From the NCBI GenBank assembly GCA_048940925.1, contig JBHLOC010000028.1, forward strand, positions 1 through 64,000: 64,000 bases of DNA, written 5' to 3'. Origin of the DNA: Promethearchaeota archaeon (lineage in GTDB: Archaea > Asgardarchaeota > Lokiarchaeia > Sigyniarchaeales > SOKP01). The notes beneath the pieces are model-generated. The model was not told the origin of the DNA. It worked only from the letters and a program-made list of their open reading frames with translations, and did not search any database. Positions 30,041-40,211 of the stretch are shown here, piece after piece (the first letter of the stretch is position 1; every line of letters starts with the position of its first letter). The position numbers and the translations under genes were made by a program.

Positions 30041-31870
30041 CTAATCATTTAAAAGATTTTGGATCTCTTGGATTTGATTTTCTAATTTTTTAACTAAAAG
30101 AGCTATTTTTTTCTTTTTATCTTCAAGCTCTTCAGCAGAGATTTCTCCTTGTAGTTCCTGCATATCATAGTCTAAAGCCATTTTATTCAAATTTGCCTTT
30201 TTTATCTTTATATCAAGCAATTGTTTTTTTAAATCTTCTTTTTGATATTTGTGTGAGATTAAAGTCTCATCTGTAGTATTAATTGTTTCCGATAGATTGA
30301 TTCCATTAGATTCTTCTTTAGGTCGGTCTTGAATAACTTTAGATTCTATTTTTAGATTTGGAGTAGTGGATAAAGGCTCTGTTTCTTTTGTTTCTGTATC
30401 GTTTTTTATCTGACCATATGGGGAAATTGTTAATTGAGATTTAGCCTCTTTAGGAACAGTAATTACCTTTTTTGGTCGAACTTTAACCATAAAATCTTCA
30501 GGTTTTAATTTCAAACTTGCATATTCATGGGAAATTTCTGGTTTTTTAAAATCTTCTTGTTTAGGACTTTCCTTAATATCTTTAGTTGTTGTTTTTTGTA
30601 ATTCTTGTTCTTTTACTGGTTTCTCAATTAAAAATGGGCTTTTTTGGGGTGTATTTACGGAGGGAGGCAATTGTGGTGGTGGGGGACTAATAGAAATCTT
30701 TGATTCTTCAATGGGTGATGTTTCTTTAGTTATTTCAGCTTCTTTTAGAATACTAAGTTTTTCGGAAGAAATTACTTCTTGGACTCGATCACTCTCTATA
30801 GGGTGTGCGGGAGTAGGTTGCGGGGCTCCAACTTGTGCTAACATTGTTTTAATTTTTTGTGATTTCTCAAAAAATTCCTTTCCTAATGAATCATCTCCTA
30901 AGTCTATGCATAAACTACTAATTTTATCAAATAAAAACGCTGCTTTATCAAAATCTGCATCCTTTAAAACTCTTGTTGCTTCTTCAATCAATTGATCCCT
31001 CTCTAATAGAGGTTTTAAAAGAGGTGAAACCTCAGCGCTCATTTCTAAGATATCTGCGATTATTTGAATCATTTTATTGCGATTTTCAGGATCTTTAGCT
31101 ATCATAGAATATGTTTTTAATTCTAAAATTCTTTCTATTTGAGAAGGTTCCATAGCTCCTTTTAAATCTTGTTTATTGCCTACTATTGCTGTATGCGCAT
31201 CAGGTGATTGTTCTTTGATTAATTCTAAGAAAAACTTACTTTTCTCAACATTTTCTAACGTAGAATCAGTTATGAGAAGAACTGCATCACTTCCTCTAAT
31301 AAAATTATTCCATAAATAACTAAATTGCTCCTGTCCTGCAAAATCCCATAAGTGAAAATATAATTTACCAATTCTAATCGTAGCAATATCTCCTGTAATA
31401 GTAGGAATATGTTGCATAGGGATTTCCTCTGCACGAATTAATTTAGTGATTGTTGTTTTACCTACTCCAGAGAAACCAACTAAAGATATTTTAGGTCTTA
31501 AATTTTTATGAATCCCATCTACAATTGGATCAAAAACTTCGAAAGTTTTAGCATCAAACCTATGTTGTAATATATCTTCAAATAAAATCACGAATTCTTT
31601 TCTACATTTCTCTAATTCTTTTTTAACATTATCAAATTTATCAGTTAAACCTGTTACAAATATGAATAGTAAATCTAAATCTTTTTGAGTTATATATGAT
31701 ACTTTAAATTTATAGAAATCATGAGATTCTACAGTATCTATTGTTCTGAAGGATACGTCTCGCATAATTTCTTCTACTAGAAGATTTAATGCTTCTTGTT
31801 TCATTGCTTTACCGAAATGCCTATAATACAGAAGTTCATCACTTTTATATATAAATACTTGACGTAAAAT
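30041..31870 (-). CDS. Longin-domain Arf/Ras-like GTPase with helical bundle, Pro-rich linker and C-terminal coiled coil; probable ATT start
   Basis: GFSGVGKTT, WDFAGQ, NKQD. Frame extends 22 codons beyond the tracked ATG to ATT TTA CGT CAA GTA TTT ATA (LRQVFIYK, longin strand 1), with GGTGG 6 nt upstream. Confidence 0.85.
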   Translation of the reverse strand: MLRQVFIYKSDELLYYRHFGKAMKQEALNLLVEEIMRDVSFRTIDTVESHDFYKFKVSYITQKDLDLLFIFVTGLTDKFDNVKKELEKCRKEFVILFEDILQHRFDAKTFEVFDPIVDGIHKNLRPKISLVGFSGVGKTTITKLIRAEEIPMQHIPTITGDIATIRIGKLYFHLWDFAGQEQFSYLWNNFIRGSDAVLLITDSTLENVEKSKFFLELIKEQSPDAHTAIVGNKQDLKGAMEPSQIERILELKTYSMIAKDPENRNKMIQIIADILEMSAEVSPLLKPLLERDQLIEEATRVLKDADFDKAAFLFDKISSLCIDLGDDSLGKEFFEKSQKIKTMLAQVGAPQPTPAHPIESDRVQEVISSEKLSILKEAEITKETSPIEESKISISPPPPQLPPSVNTPQKSPFLIEKPVKEQELQKTTTKDIKESPKQEDFKKPEISHEYASLKLKPEDFMVKVRPKKVITVPKEAKSQLTISPYGQIKNDTETKETEPLSTTPNLKIESKVIQDRPKEESNGINLSETINTTDETLISHKYQKEDLKKQLLDIKIKKANLNKMALDYDMQELQGEISAEELEDKKKKIALLVKKLENQIQEIQNLLND

Positions 31871-31911
31871 AGCTTTCCACCAGAAAAGTATATATTTTTA
31901 CCCTCTTAAAA

Positions 31912-32400
31912 CTAATTCGAGAGATATTTTACTAAATCTTTAATGATTGAATATTTATCTTTTTTAATTTTTTCATCTTTTAATGTATCTTCAATTTTTG
32001 TAATCTCTTTTGAGAAATCAAAGATAGAAAATTGATGAATCTCTTCTTCAGAAGTTTCGCTTAATTTTTTCAAAAAGACACTGATACTTGGCATAAATTT
32101 TGCTAAATTTACACTTAACTCGAGCTTAGAAATTAATATTAAGTCTTCAGTAAAAGTGAATAGATAATTATTCTTTTTAGCTTCCAACGCAAATGAATTA
32201 ATATTTTCCAAACTTAATTCGGAAGCAATTTCCTTAGAATTTGAAATCAATGACAGAATTTTTTGAGGAATCACTTTTCCTTTAGAAAATTCCTTAATTG
32301 CCGATCCCAAAATAATTCCATACTTGTTAGCGATTGCACATTCAGCATTTAAATCGGATTTTAGCTGAGAGATTATTTCATCGTAATTAATTTGATTCAT
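31912..32400 (-). CDS. Roadblock/LC7-like domain protein
   Basis: AECAIANKYGIILGS...SFALEAKKNNYLFTFTEDLILISKL...NLAKF pattern; directly upstream of the GTPase. Confidence 0.7.
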   Translation of the reverse strand: MNQINYDEIISQLKSDLNAECAIANKYGIILGSAIKEFSKGKVIPQKILSLISNSKEIASELSLENINSFALEAKKNNYLFTFTEDLILISKLELSVNLAKFMPSISVFLKKLSETSEEEIHQFSIFDFSKEITKIEDTLKDEKIKKDKYSIIKDLVKYLSN

Positions 32401-32511
32401 ATTTTGGAAGTAATGCTTTTTAATAATTAATGAAAACCTATTTATTTATATTTATTTTGTTATTACAATCAATAGGATACTAAAATTCTTAAGAAATTAA
32501 TATATAAAGAA

Positions 32512-33309
32512 ATGGAAACATATAAGACACATTTTATAGAAAAAGAATCAGACATAACGATTATTTCTGAATTGAAATCAGCAATTTTAAGAGCAAAAAG
32601 CACTTTCTATTTTCATAGAAATAATTTAGAGCGCTATATTGAAAAAAACAATAATTTTTTGACTTCTTTCTCTCCTGTAAAAGTAAAATCAAGTTCAAAG
32701 ATTATTAATCTAATGGCAGAAGTAGCCTTTATTTGTGATGTCGGACCCATGGCTTCTGTAGCAGGAGCTCTAGCTGATTTAATGTTAGTATCAATGAAAA
32801 ACAGAGAAAGCGCTAAAGATGATGATTATATCCCTGCAAACATTGCTTTAGTCGAAAATGGGGGAGAAATTTCTATCGATTCAATTAAACCAATGAAAGT
32901 AGGTTTATTTGCAGGATTTAACGAATTAAATTTAAATATTGGTTTCTTAATAGAAAAGAAGAATTGTCCTTTAGGAATTGGTACAAGTTCTGCAACAATA
33001 GGACATGCAATTAGTTTAGGAAAAGCTGACGCTGTGACAATCTTTGCAGAAAATGCAGCATTAGCAGATGCGGCAGCTACTAAAATTGGTAACATAGTAA
33101 AAGGAAATGATATTGAAGCATCAATTAAAAAAGGTCTCGATGCTGTTGACGATATTTATGGTGTTTCAGGAGCTCTTATTAGCCGAGAAAATAAAGTTGG
33201 TCAATCAGGTAAGTTACCCAAATTAATAAAGATTGAGGGAAATAAGAAAAATATTTTCAAAGAAAAATTGGGTACCATCTTTCCTGGAAATTATGAAATA
33301 TTTAGATGA
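32512..33309 (+). CDS. UPF0280 / ApbE-superfamily protein
   Basis: VGPMASVAGALAD, VENGGEI, GTSSATIGHAISLGKADAVT, ADAAATKIGN. Confidence 0.9.
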   Translation: METYKTHFIEKESDITIISELKSAILRAKSTFYFHRNNLERYIEKNNNFLTSFSPVKVKSSSKIINLMAEVAFICDVGPMASVAGALADLMLVSMKNRESAKDDDYIPANIALVENGGEISIDSIKPMKVGLFAGFNELNLNIGFLIEKKNCPLGIGTSSATIGHAISLGKADAVTIFAENAALADAAATKIGNIVKGNDIEASIKKGLDAVDDIYGVSGALISRENKVGQSGKLPKLIKIEGNKKNIFKEKLGTIFPGNYEIFR

Positions 33310-35587
33310 CCCAATAAAGTGGTGTCTCCACTCCACTCATAGTTTTTGATGAAAATATTTTATTTAAATAGTCAAGACTATAATATTTTTCTAATTCCTC
33401 ATTTGATAATTCTCCAAATAAATCCCCCCCTTTATTAATTATATATTGCCTTGCGAAAATTATGTATACATCTGTATTATAATCATTTTTCAAATCTCTA
33501 AGAATATTCTTCCCACTCTCATTGATATGGTTATCAGGGGGAAATAAATCAATATCTAATTTCAAAAAGATAAAATTCTCGTTGTAAGTAAAAGAGTGGT
33601 TTTGATCACTAAAAAGATAATAATAATAATTAAATACATGATTCCACCCTGATTTAGTAATTATAACATGTTTTCCTCGAGTGTTATTTGAATACCATTG
33701 AATAGCACTTACATCTCTCTTTTTTACATCAAAAACTTCATAACTGGCTGACTCATATAAATAAGTTGTAAATAGTGAAAAAATTATTATGAATAAAAAA
33801 AGGAATTTATAACTGGGAATTACAAATTTTTTCAACTTTACGAGTTTATAAATATAAGAAATGAACCCAATTACTATAAAAGGTGGTATTAGATATAAAA
33901 TTCTTTGCCAGATCATATTACTAAGAAAAAAAATGTTGAAAACAAAACCTACTCCCAGTAAAAGAACCAGAGCTAAACCCCAAATAAATATTGGCTTTCC
34001 TCTCGGCTTTTTCTGAAATATAATTAAACCCAAAATAGCAAACGCACTAATTAATATGATTTCTAATACATAAAATATATTAATTATTTCTATTTCAAGC
34101 CAAAGTAAGTTTACAACTAACAATGCAATAGCAACTAAAATCAACACACTAAAAATAAGTGGAATAATAATCTTATCTTCTAATTTTTCATATATTTTAC
34201 CACCTTCTCCTCTGAGTGTTGCGGAAAATCGCCCTTTAGTAAAAATAATTGATTTTTGTATCCTCCAAAGTAATATAAATCCGATTACACATCCCAAAGA
34301 GCCAATTAGTAATATTACATACCAAGAGATATTAAATGGAATTAAAAACCAATAATGCCCACTACCAATACCCAAATAACTTAAAATTAAGTAAATGCCA
34401 AATAATCCTAATAAAAATATAAAGTCAAAACCACGTCTATAATCTTTTAAAAAATAAATAAAATATAACACGAGAAACGAGAATAGAAAAATTATAGAGG
34501 TAATGACATGTGTAAGAACAGCACTTATGAAAATTAATGTGATTGTTGTATAAATAAAAATGGTGTTTGAAAAAATATCTTTCTTTTGTGGGCGTTCTAT
34601 TTTTATAAAGCTTTGTAATCTGCTATATAAAAGGAAAAAAATGGCCAGACATTTAATTAAAGCAAGTCCAGAAGGCCAATATTGAAGCATCATCGTAGAG
34701 AAACCTAATGAAGAAAATTCTAATACAAATACACTAAGAAAAGCAAGATTTCTATTTTTAAATACTCGTAAGGATATATTATAAAAAATAAGAGCAGATA
34801 AGAAGAATGTATAGAATACAAAGTATTTTGGTATAAGAATCGGATTCAACCCCGAAAAAAAATTAATAACAGCCCCAAAAATACTTAACCCCAATTCTCC
34901 ATGATATTCTTTAAAAGGTATAATATTTTCATTTGTTATTATCTGACTATTAAGTGTATGAAGCCATGGGTCAGTTCCTACAAAATAACTGAATTTAAAT
35001 ATATTCATGATACATATCAAGAAGATAAATGAAAATAATAAAACACTATTTAAAGGAATATGATCTTTTAAAAATCTATATAGTGAAAAATCCCTGATAT
35101 CTTCACTTTTTATTCTTAAAGTGATATTGGGTCTGAGAAAATGATATAATCCTTTTTTCCATTCATTATATATTATTATAGATACTAAAATTAAAAATAA
35201 ACTCAGAGCAAAAAAGAAAAAGTAAAATCCTGTAATTTTAATGCCAATCCAATATCCAATATATCCTGTCAATATGTAAAAAACTGAATTAGCCACTATA
35301 GTTAGGCTCAATTTCTCTAAAAAGTTATAACTCTTACTTTTAAATAGTATGAAAAAGATAGGGTAAGTAGGTAAAAATAACATTGTAAAACAAGTACTAA
35401 AAATTACAATTGCTTGAAAAAAATATTCAAGAATAAAGATTTCTGATATACCTAAAAATATATTAAAATTAAGTAGTTTAAAGAAGATAAATACAAAAGT
35501 TAGAATCGAAAGTATAAAAAATAGTAAATTTCTTCTTAATCTGATAAAAAAATATATTGTTTTAAAGTTAATTTTAGAGTTACCCAT
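33302..35587 (-). CDS. Polytopic membrane protein, probable GT-C fold glycosyltransferase
   Basis: Many TM segments; first large loop GTDPWLH; soluble C-terminal domain; sits at the edge of the glycan cluster. Confidence 0.6.
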   Translation of the reverse strand: MGNSKINFKTIYFFIRLRRNLLFFILSILTFVFIFFKLLNFNIFLGISEIFILEYFFQAIVIFSTCFTMLFLPTYPIFFILFKSKSYNFLEKLSLTIVANSVFYILTGYIGYWIGIKITGFYFFFFALSLFLILVSIIIYNEWKKGLYHFLRPNITLRIKSEDIRDFSLYRFLKDHIPLNSVLLFSFIFLICIMNIFKFSYFVGTDPWLHTLNSQIITNENIIPFKEYHGELGLSIFGAVINFFSGLNPILIPKYFVFYTFFLSALIFYNISLRVFKNRNLAFLSVFVLEFSSLGFSTMMLQYWPSGLALIKCLAIFFLLYSRLQSFIKIERPQKKDIFSNTIFIYTTITLIFISAVLTHVITSIIFLFSFLVLYFIYFLKDYRRGFDFIFLLGLFGIYLILSYLGIGSGHYWFLIPFNISWYVILLIGSLGCVIGFILLWRIQKSIIFTKGRFSATLRGEGGKIYEKLEDKIIIPLIFSVLILVAIALLVVNLLWLEIEIINIFYVLEIILISAFAILGLIIFQKKPRGKPIFIWGLALVLLLGVGFVFNIFFLSNMIWQRILYLIPPFIVIGFISYIYKLVKLKKFVIPSYKFLFLFIIIFSLFTTYLYESASYEVFDVKKRDVSAIQWYSNNTRGKHVIITKSGWNHVFNYYYYLFSDQNHSFTYNENFIFLKLDIDLFPPDNHINESGKNILRDLKNDYNTDVYIIFARQYIINKGGDLFGELSNEELEKYYSLDYLNKIFSSKTMSGVETPLYWVI

Positions 35588-35601
35588 CTCATATCTTAAG
35601 T

Positions 35602-36573
35602 TTATTGTACGTCTAAATCAATATTATATTTTCTACAATACCATCTAAAATAATCTTTTAATCCTTCTTTTTGGTTAAATTTTGGTTGATATTTTATTTT
35701 TGATTTAGCTTTAGAAATATCCCCATAACTGTGAACAATATCGCCGGGTCTAGGATCAGTGTATATAATTTCTAAGTCTTCCCTATTAGTTATTTCAAAA
35801 AATAAATTAGCAAGATTTGTCAAATTAATAGGAGAATTTGCTCCTATATTTAAAATTTCTCCTTTAATATCATATTCAGTCGCTAATATGTTAGCATCAA
35901 TTACATCTTTAACATATGTAAAATCTCTTGATTGATTTCCATCTCCAAATATAATTAGATTTTCATTATTGATGAGTCTTCCTAACCAAATTGCAATAAC
36001 TCCACTATATGGTGAATCTTTTTGTCTTGGACCGAAAACATTAAAATATCTTAAAGACACCGTCTTTAATCCATAAATATGATGATAAACCTGCATATAA
36101 GCTTCACTTGTCATTTTTGATACTCCATAAGGGGAAATTGGCAGACATTTCATATCTTCTCTTTTGGGTAACTCAGGAAGATCCCCATATACAGAAGCAC
36201 TTGAAGCAAAGATAACTTTTTCAACATCCTTTTTCCTTGCTGCATTTAAAATATTTAATGTGCCATTTACATTAACGTTATTACATGATTCTGGCATCAA
36301 TATTGACTGAGGTACACTAGTAAATGCTGCTTCATGATATATAATATCAATATCTACTACAATATCTAATAAAAAATTTAAATCTCTTATATCTCCCTTT
36401 TTAAATTTAAAATTTTTATTTTGTAAAACATCTTCCAAATTTTCTAAACTTCCATTAAAAAGATTATCAATTCCAATTACTTCTGCTCCTAATTCTATTA
36501 ATTTATTTGTTAGATTACTTCCAATGAAGCCAGCAGCTCCAGTGACTAGAATTCTTTTATCCTCAATTTTCAT
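35602..36573 (-). CDS. NAD-dependent nucleotide-sugar epimerase/dehydratase
   Basis: VTGAAGFIGS, YGVSK (YxxxK), LRYFNVFGPRQ, RDFTYV. Confidence 0.93.
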   Translation of the reverse strand: MKIEDKRILVTGAAGFIGSNLTNKLIELGAEVIGIDNLFNGSLENLEDVLQNKNFKFKKGDIRDLNFLLDIVVDIDIIYHEAAFTSVPQSILMPESCNNVNVNGTLNILNAARKKDVEKVIFASSASVYGDLPELPKREDMKCLPISPYGVSKMTSEAYMQVYHHIYGLKTVSLRYFNVFGPRQKDSPYSGVIAIWLGRLINNENLIIFGDGNQSRDFTYVKDVIDANILATEYDIKGEILNIGANSPINLTNLANLFFEITNREDLEIIYTDPRPGDIVHSYGDISKAKSKIKYQPKFNQKEGLKDYFRWYCRKYNIDLDVQ

Positions 36574-36729
36574 ACTCAGTCAATTAAATCTATTGGAATT
36601 ATTTTTAATATTGATACAATCTTATTTTTATAAATCATATAATCAATGAGAATTTGGTATTGTATAAAAATGTTCATAAAGAATAAATTTTTCAATATAA
36701 TTTTACAAATCATTAACTTAAATCCGTTA

Positions 36730-37005
36730 AAAATTCCATAAATTCTTTTTTATACTCTTTTGGAAGTTTATCTGGTCTTTTTAGGTCTGAATCAGAGTTT
36801 ATTTTGATTTTGATCAACTACTAGCCCAAAATCCGTCAAACTCAAGAATTTTGTCTTTATAGTTTTCTCTTATATCATTTGCGATTATTGCACTTAATCT
36901 ATTATGAGCTTCTATTATTCTAAGAAAACATTTCCTCTCAAGTAAGTCCTTCAGCATCCCTCTTCTTACATCTGGTAAGATCCTATTTGTTAATTTGAAT
37001 TCCAT
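36730..37005 (-). pseudogene. pepM: Truncated phosphoenolpyruvate mutase remnant
   Basis: PDVRRGMLKDLL...RIIEAHNRLSAII...EFDGFWASS* resembles the PEP mutase N-terminus (RR..L..LL...EAHNGLS...FDG.W.SS); stop at 36814, with SDLKRPD in another frame. Confidence 0.7.
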
Positions 37006-37160
37006 ATTAATCACAAAAGTATTTAGATATAACTTAGCTAAAAATGCCAATTTAATTTTTATAATTGATTTTTATGATAAAAAATGTTAATTAAAGATTT
37101 TAAATTGTACTATTACCTAAATAAATAAAGTTTAATTAGGTTTTTCTTTTAAGTAGTTAT

Positions 37161-37340
37161 TTAGAATAAAGAAAAAAAATAAAAAAAATTCATTTCATCC
37201 ATTTCCTCCTCAACGTAAAAAAGAGATTCGAGAATAATGTTATTATAACAAACTTCATTATCATAATGTCTGATGTTTAGATGATTAATGGCCTCTTTCT
37301 GATATCCTCGAATAATGATTATATTCATAATATCACAAAT
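37161..37340 (-). pseudogene. Fragment of LicC/PntC-type phosphocholine/phosphonate cytidylyltransferase
   Basis: CDIMNIIIIRGYQKEAINHLNIRHYDNEVCYNNIILESLFYVEEEMD matches the middle of this NTP-transferase family; both ends are missing. Confidence 0.65.
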
Positions 37341-37409
37341 ATAAAATTTGTGTTTAACTTAGTTTTACTAAAATGAATAAATAAAATATAATTTTTTAAG
37401 TATTTTAGA

Positions 37410-38915
37410 TTAAGGATAATACTTTCTTACATATATATGAAAATAAAGAGGAAAGTATAAAACCGAGACTACTATTTCTTTCCATCGTTGGAACAATTGT
37501 TTTCTTCTGTTAATAATCGATCGTATTACAAATTTTAAATACCCCGTATTTTTAATCCGATTAGATACTTCGTTAAATTCTGTATCTATAATAATAAAAC
37601 GTTTCGTATACTTTTTATAACGTCGAAACAATTTCTTTAACCCATAACCGGTATATCTATTAAAAATTAATATTGTGATTACTTTTTGATTCTCAAGTGA
37701 ATCCAACATCCTAATTTTTAATGGACTTACAATAGAATTATTGACTTTGAGCTTTTCTCGGAGAAATTTTATTAATTGGGGTGGGAATTGATATGGAATT
37801 AATAGATTCTCAAATTTTAATGATCTTAAAATACTTTGTTCATATAAGACGTTTAGAATAGATTTGAATACCCTGTACGCTTTTAATTCGGTTTTTTTAT
37901 AAAACTGAAATAATTCATTATAAATCTCTTTATAATCATTTTTCACATCTTTTTTCTCCAAATAATCTTTATTCAAATCGTAAAAGGCAAATTTTCCATT
38001 ATCATTAACTAACTTCCAAGAATCTTTGATTATCATTGTTTTTTTGACTGATTGAAACATTAAATAACAATCTCCTCTAACTTTTCTGTCTCTATTAACA
38101 TCGATATCATTTTCGATTAAATCTTTGAATGAAATTGATTCTCTTTCATGTGTCGCTTCAAGATTTAGATAATCTAGAATAGTTTCCATAATATCTAATA
38201 AATAAACTCTTTTTCTAATCTTTTTAGGTTTAGAGTTCGTCAGAGTTGATGGTAATTTAATATATAAAATAGGTTGCACAGAAGATTGATGTATATCATC
38301 GAAATGTAATAATTTTGTTTTTTTATACAAATTCTTATCATAATAACCATGGTCAGAGTGGATAATAATGATAGACTTATCCCAATAATCTTTATTCTTT
38401 AAATAATCTATAATTTTATTTAAAAATAAATCAGTTTCAGGATCACTGGGCTTAAAAAAAACAAACAGAAAATTATTTTTATTTCGGTTAAGTCTCTCTG
38501 CCTTTCCGAGAAATAATTGATAAACTTCCCTCGCATCTAACCAATGATCTCCTTTATACAGCTCCTCGTCAAAATATGGATTAATAATTTCTTCAAAAAC
38601 TTTTACTTGTTCTCTTCCAAACAATATTGATTCAATATTGTAATCATTTTTTTTTAAAGGATTAATATTATTTTTAGATTTCAAACTAGGAAGGTTTTCG
38701 ATTGAACGATAATAATCAGGGAATACAAAATAAGGGAATCTTCCAGTTAAAATTGAAAAAAGTGATAAATTGGTCGATGGGAATTGAGATATACAATCCT
38801 CGAAATAAAAACCTTCATTTCTATCTCTTAATTTTTTATATGTTGGAAGGATTCCGTGTAAATCAGGTCGTTCATAATTGCAAATTGAATCAGTGACAAT
38901 CCAGAAAATGTTCAT
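37410..38915 (-). CDS. Alkaline-phosphatase superfamily (sulfatase-like) hydrolase/transferase
   Basis: NIFWIVTDS, SQFPSTNLSLFSILTG, IIIHSDHG, FYDLNKDYLE. Confidence 0.8.
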   Translation of the reverse strand: MNIFWIVTDSICNYERPDLHGILPTYKKLRDRNEGFYFEDCISQFPSTNLSLFSILTGRFPYFVFPDYYRSIENLPSLKSKNNINPLKKNDYNIESILFGREQVKVFEEIINPYFDEELYKGDHWLDAREVYQLFLGKAERLNRNKNNFLFVFFKPSDPETDLFLNKIIDYLKNKDYWDKSIIIIHSDHGYYDKNLYKKTKLLHFDDIHQSSVQPILYIKLPSTLTNSKPKKIRKRVYLLDIMETILDYLNLEATHERESISFKDLIENDIDVNRDRKVRGDCYLMFQSVKKTMIIKDSWKLVNDNGKFAFYDLNKDYLEKKDVKNDYKEIYNELFQFYKKTELKAYRVFKSILNVLYEQSILRSLKFENLLIPYQFPPQLIKFLREKLKVNNSIVSPLKIRMLDSLENQKVITILIFNRYTGYGLKKLFRRYKKYTKRFIIIDTEFNEVSNRIKNTGYLKFVIRSIINRRKQLFQRWKEIVVSVLYFPLYFHIYVRKYYP

Positions 38916-39051
38916 TTAAACATCATTTATTTTAAATTTATAATAACTTTTATTACGTATAATTGAAAGTATTTTAAAACAAAATAATCAATGTGATAAA
39001 GAAATTATTGAAGAGTTAAAAATCTTGTTGATTTCTTTTGTTTTCCTACTT

Positions 39052-39966
39052 TTATTCTATGTCTTCCTTCCAAGAACTCAAACTTTTGTTCAAGAGATTC
39101 TCTAATTTTTCAATATCTTTTTTATAAATGTCATAAAGATATTTTCGAGTTGCGAGATCTATGGAAGTTTTCGCAACATCTTCAATCTCATTTTTAAATA
39201 TAATTTTTCTATCAAATTTTACAAGTTTTCGGATATATTCCATTATATCACTATTAATTATGAAAATTTTTAACTTCGGGAATTTATTTAACCAAGAACC
39301 TATTTTAAATATAATTTTTGATAAGAAAGGAATTTTACTTTGTGCAGACTTACTCCCTGTCTTTAGGACAATTTTATTAATGAGGTTAGGTATAAATTCT
39401 TGATTTTTTAATCCTAGAAAACTATAAATCTGCTGCATATATTTTAATGGATCTTTTTTTATATCGTCAAAAAATAAGATTAAAACGTGTTCCCTTGGAA
39501 AAATTTGATAACAACTTTTAAGTTGTTTGTAATAAAAACCTCTTTCGACAAGGTTAGCCTTATCATTTTCCAAGGCCTCTCTAAAATTTTTATATACACT
39601 TAATCTTCCACCTAATTGGATACTATATTGATACTGAGAAAAGGCTCTATCAATCGGATTTCTCAATGAAATGATCAATTTTACACTTGGAAAATGTTTA
39701 TGAATTAAAGATAAAGCATGTGGAAATCGTATATAACTTGCAGTGAACTCTCCTTTTATCTTATCTTGAGGACAATGTTTATACATGGAGAAATAATAAT
39801 CAAGACCTTTTTTGTATCTAAAGGGCCAATCAAAAAAATGAGGCTCTTTTTCAGAACACATACAAATCTCAGGATGTTCCTTTAAACATTCGAAAATCCA
39901 AGACGTGGCAGCCTTCATTACTCCTATTCCAATGAAGTCCACCTTGAATTCTCTTTTAGTAAACAT
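39052..39966 (-). CDS. PAPS-dependent sulfotransferase
   Basis: FIGIGVMKAATSW (5'-PSB), KEPHFFD, LRNPIDRAFSQY (3'-PB). Confidence 0.9.
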   Translation of the reverse strand: MFTKREFKVDFIGIGVMKAATSWIFECLKEHPEICMCSEKEPHFFDWPFRYKKGLDYYFSMYKHCPQDKIKGEFTASYIRFPHALSLIHKHFPSVKLIISLRNPIDRAFSQYQYSIQLGGRLSVYKNFREALENDKANLVERGFYYKQLKSCYQIFPREHVLILFFDDIKKDPLKYMQQIYSFLGLKNQEFIPNLINKIVLKTGSKSAQSKIPFLSKIIFKIGSWLNKFPKLKIFIINSDIMEYIRKLVKFDRKIIFKNEIEDVAKTSIDLATRKYLYDIYKKDIEKLENLLNKSLSSWKEDIE

Positions 39967-40211
39967 AAGTCAAAAAATCGTCTCTAACTTTTAAATTTTT
40001 CCGAGAGTATAAGTTTTTTATTGAATTTTATAGTTTCAATTAATCAGTAATATGTTTAAGCTTCGATTTTACATTATTTAATAACTAGAGTTAATTTAAT
40101 AAAATCTTAGAAAGTATAAGAAGCAGAAAATTGCAATTAAAAGGATTACTTCAAAGAATAAATAAAAGATTCGTTTATATTCTTTAAATGTAAATTAAAT
40201 TTTTCATACTT

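Noticed and set aside
36814-36816. TGA as Sec in the PEP mutase fragment
   Set aside because: TAA follows four codons later and the similarity collapses
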